This document shows, one piece after another, positions 1 to 7,312 of a DNA stretch of 14,121 bases. Origin of the DNA: Promethearchaeia archaeon (GTDB lineage Archaea; Asgardarchaeota; Lokiarchaeia; Sigyniarchaeales; SOKP01); the NCBI GenBank assembly GCA_046497275.1, contig JAWOFX010000152.1, positions 1-14,121 of the forward strand. The letters are read 5' to 3'. Within the stretch, counting starts at the first letter, position 1. Each line of letters starts with the position of its first letter. The position numbers and the translations under genes were made by a program. The notes beneath the pieces are model-generated. The model saw only the letters and a program-made list of their open reading frames with translations, was not told the origin of the DNA and searched no databases.

Positions 1-300
1 AAGATTTAAGCTCGCTGATTTTTGAATTAAGAATTTTTTAACCCTATACATGATATATTAAATGATTGTTATTTGGGAAAATAGAGATAATCATTTTCTA
101 TGCGTTCCAGTATAGTTCATGAGCAAAGCTTTTTTTAAATCCTCATCAAAATATTTAATCCCTGGATAATAATAGTCATGGAATCATCTGAAAGATGACC
201 TAAATAATAAATGTCCAGTTTTCCGGTAATTTTAAACCTTTCAATATTCCTTCGAGCAATAAAGACATCAGTATTGAGAAAATTTAAAAAAAAAATCAAT
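1..300 (-). pseudogene. Decayed 3' remnant of a DUF4153/DUF4173-like membrane protein gene
   Basis: ORF 135..332 contains FLNTDVFIARRNIERFKITGKLDIYYLGHLSDDS, which resembles my recollection of the family C-terminal pattern N-x-D-x-x-I-A-x-x-N-I-x-R...G-K-x-D-x-x-Y-L-x-x-L-S-x-D. The same frame resumes after stops (135-137, 117-119) as LERIENDYLYFPK*QSFNIS (stop at 69-71 where W would be expected), and a shifted frame continues YRVKKFL. No N-terminal part is present. Family name is from memory. Confidence 0.55.
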
Positions 301-306
301 TGATTT

Positions 307-1173
307 TTATTCATAAGTTTTATCAATTTCATTTATATACTTAAGACAGATGTTTAGAAAATCTTTTAAAACCTTTTTATCTATATTTTCAGGAATATTT
401 TCCGAAGAATGCCAATTTACAGCTTTATTTTTATTTTTTTCTACTCCAAAAAGTGCGGTTGCTTTATACCCATTTTCTATATACCTAACAACATCACATG
501 CCCGAATTTTGAGTTTATCTGTTCTAAAGTCCAAGAAATTCGGATCCTCCTTTCTTAGCCTATTAATTACAGACGTTATTTGTTCATTCATTTCTTTATC
601 ATAAACAATCCCATGCATATCTTTCTCAACTAATAGTATTGCTTCAGCAGCACCGCAACATTCAAGAATTAAATTATATGAATTATCTAAATAACCTCTT
701 TTTCCAATTTTCTCAACAAATGCTCTTGCTCCTTTATCACCAACCTCTTCACTGCCTTGTGAACATATCCATATCTCAATGTTTTGAGGTCGATGCTCAG
801 ATAAATATTTCCCTATACCTGCGGCCACAGCTGTAACTGCTAAATTATCATTAGCCCCTAAAACAACTTTCTTTCCTAAAAAGCCTTTAACTAATAAAAT
901 AAAGAATGGATAGAGAAGAAATAGAGAAGAAAAGTAGATATAATCAAGAATACTTATGGAAAAGATTAACCACTTAAATAATATAAAACCATTCTGAAAC
1001 ATTGAAATCCCAATAAATTTCCATAATGATATTATAAAAGTAAAAATAAGGAAAGCAATACCTATTATGGCAATTAAATATCGCAATTTTTCATTCATAC
1101 TAGCTATATTCATTTCTTTAGCACTATCTGTATGACCATCTTTATCTTCCTTAGCCGTTATTAGAATGATGCG
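307..1173. repeat. Diverged direct repeat, copy 1 (partner 5174..6019)
   Basis: Manual alignment. For example 421-480 vs 5288-5347 differ at 7 of 60 nt, all synonymous. Shared sequence ends at AATGATGCG (1165-1173 vs 6011-6019). Confidence 0.9.
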
Positions 1174-1179
1174 TTTTAG
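307..1179 (-). pseudogene. 5'-truncated paralog of the membrane M28 metallopeptidase (268 aa from Met at 1113; frame open up to 1179 with no ATG/GTG/TTG upstream of 1113)
   Basis: Colinear with the C-terminal part of 5174..6430: GANDN, QGSEEVG, LILECCG and NWHSSE are retained. GHTDSAKE is encoded upstream of the first Met (His codon 1132-1134). An in-frame TAA lies at 1180-1182 and about 130 N-terminal codons are absent. Confidence 0.8.
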
Positions 1180-1353
1180 TTAAAAAATTTTAATACTGGG
1201 TTGTATCCGCAATATGGAAGTGTAAAAGAATTTTTGGGACTAAAAAAATTCTGGCTGCAATATAATCAAACAGACTATATAAATGAGGGCATTATTACGG
1301 AAAATGATCGTTTAATTTTTGCTCAGCAATTTTTCATTATGGTGAAACTATAG
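1180..1353 (+). other. Start-less open frame of 57 codons, possible gene remnant
   Basis: Reads LKNFNTGLYPQYGSVKEFLGLKKFWLQYNQTDYINEGIITENDRLIFAQQFFIMVKL-stop, bounded by TAG 1177-1179 and TAG 1351-1353. No family recognised. Confidence 0.25.
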
Positions 1354-1375
1354 AAGGATGCGTCTAGGTGGTTTC

Positions 1376-1408
1376 TCCAATTCTGTAGGGCCACTTTCCA
1401 ATTCTGTA
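1376..1408. promoter_or_regulatory. 12-bp direct repeat TCCAATTCTGTA x2 (period 21 bp) just upstream of a TATA-like TTTAAAA (1413-1419)
   Basis: Exact copies at 1376-1387 and 1397-1408, about 100-130 nt upstream of the corrinoid gene ATG. The regulatory role is inferred. Confidence 0.4.
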
Positions 1409-1504
1409 AATCTTTAAAAATCTTAACTTATAATTTAAGTATATGTATGAAAAAAAAGTATTGAAAAAAAAACTAAAATTAAAGATATAGGATTTTGAGA
1501 ATTT

Positions 1505-2146
1505 ATGACAGATGAAGATATAATAAAAAAATTTAAAGAAGCTATTATAGATATGGACTTAGAAACTGCAAAAAATGCATGTGAAAATGCCCTAAATCAA
1601 GGAATTAAACCATTTGATATCATAAAGGATGGAATTGGAAGTGCAGTAAAAAAAGTAGGTGATTTATTTGAAGCTAAAGAGTATTTCCTGACAGAGCTCA
1701 TAATGTCAGGAGAAATAATCACACAAATTATGCAAATTCTAAAACCATACATCAAAAGTGATGGTAAAGCAAAAGCAAAGGTTATTCTAGGTACGGCTAA
1801 AGGTGATATGCATGATATTGGTAAAAATATCGTAAGAAACTTTATGCAAGCGGAAGGATTCGAAGTAATTGATTTAGGAGTAGATGTTTCTACAGATAGA
1901 TTTATTGAAGCGATGCGTGTGGAAAAACCACAAATTCTAGCAATCTCAGTTTTAATATCAGCAAGCATGCCCGAAGTAGAAAAAGTCATGAAAGCTCTTA
2001 ATAAAGAAGGGCTTAGAGAAAAAGTAAAAGTAGTAATAGGAGGTGCTCCTATTACGCAACAATTTGTATGTGATATTGGTGCTGATGGATATGCTAATGA
2101 TGCTATTGATGGTATAAACATTTGTAAAAGGTGGGCTCAAGAATGA
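1505..2146 (+). CDS. Corrinoid (cobalamin-binding) methyl-carrier protein, MtaC/MttC/MtbC-like, 213 aa
   Basis: N-terminal four-helix cap (GIKPFDII...VGDLFEAKEYFLTELIMSG) and B12-binding Rossmann domain with DxHxxG (GDMHDIGKNIV), VIDLGVDV, ISVL and VIGGAP. Confidence 0.95.
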   Translation: MTDEDIIKKFKEAIIDMDLETAKNACENALNQGIKPFDIIKDGIGSAVKKVGDLFEAKEYFLTELIMSGEIITQIMQILKPYIKSDGKAKAKVILGTAKGDMHDIGKNIVRNFMQAEGFEVIDLGVDVSTDRFIEAMRVEKPQILAISVLISASMPEVEKVMKALNKEGLREKVKVVIGGAPITQQFVCDIGADGYANDAIDGINICKRWAQE

Positions 2147-3288
2147 ATCCTAAAGAAAGATTGATGGCAGTTTTACGCCGTGAAGAGCCAGACCACATCC
2201 CTTTTACATTATATGCAGAAACCCTAAAATTAGTGGGCCTAGCGATATATGAACCTTGGCGAAAGCTCTTAGACCAGGGGCTCAGTCTTTTTGCTGCATT
2301 GGCAGTTCAGACACACAAAGTAAAATGTCCAAATGCATCTATGGATATCATACATCATTATAAAACACAAACAAGCTGGTCTCCTGTTGATTTAATGATA
2401 AGTATGAATAAACCACATGAGATATCAGGTGAGATTAAAACCCCTATTGGCACAGATAAGTTTTTTGCAGTGATGGAGTCTATGGATTTATCTGAAATGC
2501 TTCCTTGGTTCCCGGAGGATGGATTCTTTATCAAAACCCTTGAAGATTATGAGATATTTACATATTTAATTGAAGATACTGAATATACTCCTTATTATGA
2601 TGATGTTAATGAATTCCAGATGATAATTGGAAATTATGGTATTGTTCCAACTTTCGTTCCGAAGAGTCCCTTTCAATCGATGATAATGTTACTGGGACCT
2701 CATAGACTGGCTATTGATTATTATACACACAGAAAAGAATTTAATGAACTTTATAACGCAATCTACAAGAAGGAGTTAGAAGTATATAAAATTGCTGCGG
2801 AATCACCAGCCGAGGTTATTTGGGGGCCAGATAATGTGACTGGCCTTATCACTAGCCCTAAATTCTTTAAGGATTATAGTTTAAAGTTTTATAATGAAGT
2901 TGCAGATATATTTCATAAACATGATAAAATTTATGTTGTTCACATGGATGGTGAACTAAAATGCTTAGCAGACCTTATAGCGGAAACCAGAATAGACGCG
3001 ATTGAAAGTTTTACACCACCTCCAATTGGAGATTTAACTATAAAAGAGGCTAAAGAAAAATGGAAAGATAAAGTAATATGGTCAAATTTTCCAGAACCTG
3101 TATGTTTACAAGGGCAAAGAGAGGTAAAGAAGACAACCAAGAAGATGTTAAAGGAAGCGGCTCCGGGAAATAACTTTATATTAGGTATATCTGAAGGATT
3201 TCCTTCCTTTATGCACATGCTCTCATCTGTTCCAAATATTCTTAAAACAATAAACAAATTCGGTAAATATCCAATTGCTAAAGAATAA
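2143..3288 (+). CDS. UroD/MtaA-CmuA (URO-D/CIMS-like fold) family protein, probable corrinoid-dependent methyltransferase, 381 aa
   Basis: MNPKERLMAVLRREEPDHIPF N-terminus, WGPDN, VVHMDG, IDAIESF, KEAKEKW and FILGISEG are typical of this family. ATG 2143 overlaps the corrinoid TGA (ATGA at 2143-2146), so 2143 is preferred over the track start at 2131. Confidence 0.88.
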   Translation: MNPKERLMAVLRREEPDHIPFTLYAETLKLVGLAIYEPWRKLLDQGLSLFAALAVQTHKVKCPNASMDIIHHYKTQTSWSPVDLMISMNKPHEISGEIKTPIGTDKFFAVMESMDLSEMLPWFPEDGFFIKTLEDYEIFTYLIEDTEYTPYYDDVNEFQMIIGNYGIVPTFVPKSPFQSMIMLLGPHRLAIDYYTHRKEFNELYNAIYKKELEVYKIAAESPAEVIWGPDNVTGLITSPKFFKDYSLKFYNEVADIFHKHDKIYVVHMDGELKCLADLIAETRIDAIESFTPPPIGDLTIKEAKEKWKDKVIWSNFPEPVCLQGQREVKKTTKKMLKEAAPGNNFILGISEGFPSFMHMLSSVPNILKTINKFGKYPIAKE

Positions 3289-3300
3289 ATTTGCTTTGCA

Positions 3301-3311
3301 TTTTTTTTTTT
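3301..3311 (+). terminator. Oligo-T tract (T11), candidate archaeal intrinsic terminator
   Basis: 11 consecutive T beginning 13 nt after the methyltransferase stop codon. Confidence 0.55.
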
Positions 3312-3410
3312 AGTATTTCCTATAATTATAACAAAATGAGATAGTTCTATTAATACCAAAATGATTTGCTTTTTGAAAAAAAAAATAAAAATTTAGAGAT
3401 TTATGATATT

Positions 3411-5029
3411 ATGTCAGATTCTAAGGAATAATATATCCTGGCAATTGATCATGGTACATCGGGCCCCAAGAGCGCGATTGTTTCTACAAAAGGAAAGGTA
3501 ATTGATTGGGTTTTCAAGGAAGTTCCTCTTCATATGCCAGAGCCAGGAGCCGCAGAACAAGATCCAGATGATTGGTGGAATGGTATTGTAGAGGGAGTTA
3601 TTAAAATGATGTCGTCTAGCAAAGTAAGCAAGGATGATATCGTGGGTATCTGTAATATAAGTCAATGGAGCGGAACTATTCCTGTTGATAAAAAGGGGAA
3701 GAACCTCATGAATTGTATTATATGGATGGAACACGTAGAGCAGAACAAATTAATAGATTTCACAAGGGTTTACTTCAAGTTTCTGGCTATAATCTTTTCA
3801 AGATATTAAAATGGCTTAAGATAACCGGTGGAGGGCCAACTTTATCCGGGAAGGACTCTATTGCTCATATAATGTGGTTAAAGGAAAAACATCCAGATAT
3901 TTATAATGATACATATAAATTTCTCGAACCCCAAGATTGGATAATTTTTAAATTAACAGGGAAGTATGCTACATCAGAGGCAACAGCACACTTACATTGG
4001 TTAACTGATATACAAGATATTAACAATATTCACTATTCAAAGAAATTAATTAAAAAAATCAAAATACATGCAGATAAATTACCAGAGTTAAAGAAGACAA
4101 CTGATGTACTTGCTACTTTAACGCCTAAAGTAGCTAAGCAATTAGGTTTAAATCCTAATACTCCAGTAATTATGGGAGCCCCAGATTTACATTCTGCGGC
4201 AATTGGTTCTGGTGCTGTAAAGGATTATGAAGCACACTTTTGCATTGGAACCTCTGATTGGCTCATATGTCATGTACCTTTTAAAAAAACTGATATTGTA
4301 ACACAAGTAGCAAGTGCGCCCTCGGGAATTCCAGGAAGATATGTCACTATTAATGAACAAGAGATTGCGGGTGGAGCATTAAGCTATCTCCGAGATAATA
4401 TCTTATATCATAAGGATGAATTGCTTGCAGAAGAGCATGTACCCGATGTTTATAAAATATTTGATAAAATTATAGAAAAAACTCCACCGGGCTCTAATGG
4501 GCTTATTTTTACACCTTGGTTGTTCGGAGAGCGTAGCCCTGTAGATGACCATACTGTAAGAGGAGGATTATATAATATTAAATTAAATACTACGAGAGAA
4601 CATTTAATCCGTGCTGTATTTGAAGGTGTGGCATATAATGTTAAATGGCTCCTATTAGCAGTAGAAAAGTTCATCAAGAAAAGACTAAAGAAGGAAAAAC
4701 CAGAACTGATTGAGGATGGAAAAATTATACCCGCGCTTACAATTATAGGTGGGGGAGCCAATAATAAGATCTGGTGTCAAATCTTTGCAGATGTAATGGA
4801 TCGTAGGATTAAACAGATTAAAGACCCTATTCAAGTAAATGCAAATGGTGCCGCTTTTATGGCCTCTGTTGCTCTTGGATATATAAAGTGGAATGAAATT
4901 GCTGACATTGTAGAATATGCAAACATTTTCGAACCTAATCCCGAAAATAGGGAAATGTATGACAAACACTTCAGCGAGTTTAAAAATATATATAAATCTA
5001 TGGGTAAGGTGTATAAGCGCTTAAATTGA
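3411..5029 (+). pseudogene. FGGY-family carbohydrate kinase (xylulokinase-like), interrupted
   Basis: ATG 3411 reads MSDSKE, then TAA 3429-3431, then YILAIDHGTSG...EQDPDDWW...SQWSGTIPVD...CIIWM. A 1-nt deletion near 3730 (TGG ATG GA- ACA CGT) breaks the W-M-D-T-R motif. The other frame continues intact through TPWLFGERSP, RAVFEGVA and GGGANNKIWCQIFADV to TGA 5027-5029. Confidence 0.88.
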
Positions 5030-5154
5030 TCTTTTTTCTTTTTCCATCAATTGGATGTATAATCGCTGTTTTATTTCTCAGATCCTTCGATCTTTATGGA
5101 GAGAAACTCAAAAAAATGAGAAAAAAGCTTGAAGAATATCCAGAATTATTTTAA
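5026..5154 (+). other. 42-codon hydrophobic ORF: remnant of a GPH/MFS sugar transporter C-terminus, or a small membrane protein
   Basis: TTG 5026-5028 overlaps the kinase stop (TTGA). Translation MIFFLFPSIGCIIAVLFLRSFDLYGEKLKKMRKKLEEYPELF, stop TAA 5152-5154: one transmembrane segment plus a basic helical tail. Confidence 0.45.
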
Positions 5155-5173
5155 TTCTTTTTTTTATTATTTT

Positions 5174-6430
5174 TTAATTGTACTTTTTATCAATTGTATT
5201 AATAAAGCTTAGACAAATATTCAAGAAATCTTTCAGAACTTTTTTATCTAAGTTCTCAGGTATATCTTCTGAAGAGTGCCAATTTACTGCCTTGTTTTTA
5301 TTCTTTTCTACTCCAAAAAGAGCTGTTGCTTTGTACCCATTTTCTATATATCTAACAACATCACAAGCACCAATTTTAAGATTATCAGTTCTAAAATCGA
5401 GAAAATTAGATTCATTTTCCTTAAGCTCACTAATAATTTTCTTTAGTAGTTCATTCATCTCCTTATCATAAACAATCCCATGCATATCTTTTTCTACTAA
5501 CAATATTGCCTTAGCAGCCCCACAACATTCTAGAATTAGGTTATAACAGTTATCCAAATAGCCCAATTCACCATATTTCTCAACAAATACTCTTGCTCCT
5601 TTATCACCGACCTCCTCACTTCCTTGTGAACATATCCATATCTCAACATTTCGAGGACGATGCTCAGATAAGTATTTTCCTATACCTGCAGCCACAGCGG
5701 TTCCCGCTAAATTATCATTTGCTCCCAAGACAATTTTTTTTCCTAAAAAACCCTTAACCAATAGAATGAAAAAGGGATAGAGAATCAAAATAGAAGAGAA
5801 ATATATATAATCGAGAATACTTATTGAAAAGATTGTCCACTGAAAGAGTATAAAACCTTGTTGAAAAATTAACACTCCAATAAATTTCCATAATGATATT
5901 ACGATGCTAACAATAATGAAAGCAACACCTACTCTCCCAATAAGGTATCGCGATTTTTCGTTCATACTAGCTATGTTCATTTCTTTAGCACTATCTGTAT
6001 GACCTTCTATAATGATGCGCCATTTTATTTCATTTGTTGGCTTAATTATACCAAATACATTGCTAGAAGTTTTTTTCTTAAATAAAAACCAAATCCATTC
6101 TTTCATCAATATGAGTTCAGCAATTAAAACAAATAAAGCTAAAAAAATTAAAACAGCTGTAAAAATTGGGAAAGGAAAAATTAATGGTACGAATAATGGA
6201 GAAATCCCTGCGAGAATCCCAGCAACTTTCACTAATCCTTGGGGATATAATGCTGGTCTTGTTTCAAATGTATCGATAGTAGTCTCATCACAATAATTAT
6301 CGAACTCACTTTTTATCCATTTATTCGCCGCCTTTTCTGCTTCACTGCAAGAATATCTTGGTCCAAATTTCTCACATATCTCTTCGATAAAATTATACAT
6401 ATATTCTGTTAGTGATTTATCAATTTCCAT
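5174..6430 (-). CDS. Membrane-embedded M28-family zinc metallopeptidase (aminopeptidase-like), 418 aa
   Basis: GPRYSCSEAE N-terminus and the co-catalytic Zn ligand set GHTD, GANDN, GSEE, LILE and NWHS, plus two hydrophobic insertions. SD-like GAGGT lies on the minus strand upstream of the ATG. Confidence 0.88.
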   Translation of the reverse strand: MEIDKSLTEYMYNFIEEICEKFGPRYSCSEAEKAANKWIKSEFDNYCDETTIDTFETRPALYPQGLVKVAGILAGISPLFVPLIFPFPIFTAVLIFLALFVLIAELILMKEWIWFLFKKKTSSNVFGIIKPTNEIKWRIIIEGHTDSAKEMNIASMNEKSRYLIGRVGVAFIIVSIVISLWKFIGVLIFQQGFILFQWTIFSISILDYIYFSSILILYPFFILLVKGFLGKKIVLGANDNLAGTAVAAGIGKYLSEHRPRNVEIWICSQGSEEVGDKGARVFVEKYGELGYLDNCYNLILECCGAAKAILLVEKDMHGIVYDKEMNELLKKIISELKENESNFLDFRTDNLKIGACDVVRYIENGYKATALFGVEKNKNKAVNWHSSEDIPENLDKKVLKDFLNICLSFINTIDKKYN

Positions 6431-6543
6431 GACTTATTAAAACCTCTTCTTAAACAAAATTTATTATAAATGTATCTATGCGTTTAAAATATAAAAACAT
6501 TTAAAGTAATAAAGAACTTTTTAGGATTTTTTAATAATTTCTT

Positions 6544-7221
6544 TTAATATTTTCCAAAGAAAAATTCCATCACAATTTTATTAATATTTCTTAGATGTTT
6601 ATTGACTGTTGGCTCCTTTATATTAAAATGATGCCCAATTTCTTTTGCTGAAATTTTTTTTGGAGATTCAAAATATCCATTTTCTGCTGCATATTGGGCA
6701 ATTTCCCTTTGTCTTTTTGTAAACTCTGGAAATGGAACAGAATATTTTCCAATAATATCTTCTACTTTTTTAATATCTTTGATATCTCTTATTCCAAGAA
6801 GCTCGTATGTTTCGGTGAATTTAGAAAGTGTTTCGAATAAATTTGAGATATAATCTTCGTGTGTGATAAAATTTAGCAAAACAAGGTCTCGAGAGGCATA
6901 AATAGGAAAGAGAAATGCCCAAGGACCAGAATCGATTATAGGAAAAAATCCAGATGGTTCATTTTGATACATTATACAAGTTATTTCATCTTTATTTATA
7001 TCCAATATTTGGATGTTTTTTGGATTAAATTTATTTTTAATTTCTTTAGACAAATTTTCGATTGAGTTGGGTTTAAATTTAATTTTTTGAAGTGAAAAGA
7101 ATTGATTTTGATCATACTGAAATGCTTTCAAAATTTCAATTGATTTTATATCTTCAAATAAACCAGCGAATTCAGTAAATTTTAGTATATTTCCGGGGAT
7201 TTGAAGTCTAATTATTTTCAT
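6544..7221 (-). CDS. Transcriptional regulator with C-terminal HTH_10 (bacterio-opsin activator-type) domain, 225 aa
   Basis: C-terminus FTKRQREIAQYAAENGYFESPKKISAKEIGHHFNIKEPTVNKHLR matches the LTxRQxE...GYFxxPR...xLA..LGIS..T...HLR pattern. Confidence 0.85.
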   Translation of the reverse strand: MKIIRLQIPGNILKFTEFAGLFEDIKSIEILKAFQYDQNQFFSLQKIKFKPNSIENLSKEIKNKFNPKNIQILDINKDEITCIMYQNEPSGFFPIIDSGPWAFLFPIYASRDLVLLNFITHEDYISNLFETLSKFTETYELLGIRDIKDIKKVEDIIGKYSVPFPEFTKRQREIAQYAAENGYFESPKKISAKEIGHHFNIKEPTVNKHLRNINKIVMEFFFGKY

Positions 7222-7255
7222 GATTATTTTCTTTCCCTATTTAATAAATAAAAGC

Positions 7256-7312
7256 TAATGATACATAAAAAAGCATTGATCACTACCATATAAATAATTA
7301 ATGATCATTAAT
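7256..7312. promoter_or_regulatory. Candidate operator: perfect 16-bp palindrome ATTAATGATCATTAAT (7297-7312) and two related sites
   Basis: Related 12-mers TAATGATACATA (7256-7267), CATTGATCACTA (7274-7285) and TAATGATCATTA (7299-7310) in the divergent intergenic region. Confidence 0.45.

Noticed and set aside
307-1173. M28 repeat as an assembly duplication artefact
   Set aside because: The copies differ at many synonymous and non-synonymous sites, which an artefactual duplicate would not. A strain chimera cannot be fully excluded without reads.
1367-1390. GGTGGTTTCTCCAATT as an IS1/IS6-like terminal inverted repeat
   Set aside because: No convincing inverted partner was found (best is a 7-nt GAGAAAC at 5101-5107), and there is no target duplication or recognisable transposase.
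1341-1410. Cobalamin riboswitch upstream of the corrinoid gene (CTGTA...GCCACT resemblance)
   Set aside because: The conserved GGGAA element and the B12-box are not visible, so the match is limited to two short words. An Infernal scan would settle it.
1505-3288. Pyrrolysine-containing methylamine methyltransferase system
   Set aside because: Neither ORF has an in-frame TAG, and no MttB/MtbB/MtmB-like gene or pyl gene is in the window.
2143-3288. hemE (uroporphyrinogen decarboxylase)
   Set aside because: The RQAGR-type motif is missing, there are no heme genes nearby, and it is coupled to a corrinoid protein.
3429-3431. Stop-codon reassignment or readthrough in the kinase
   Set aside because: TAA terminates many intact genes in this window, and a separate frameshift also breaks the gene.
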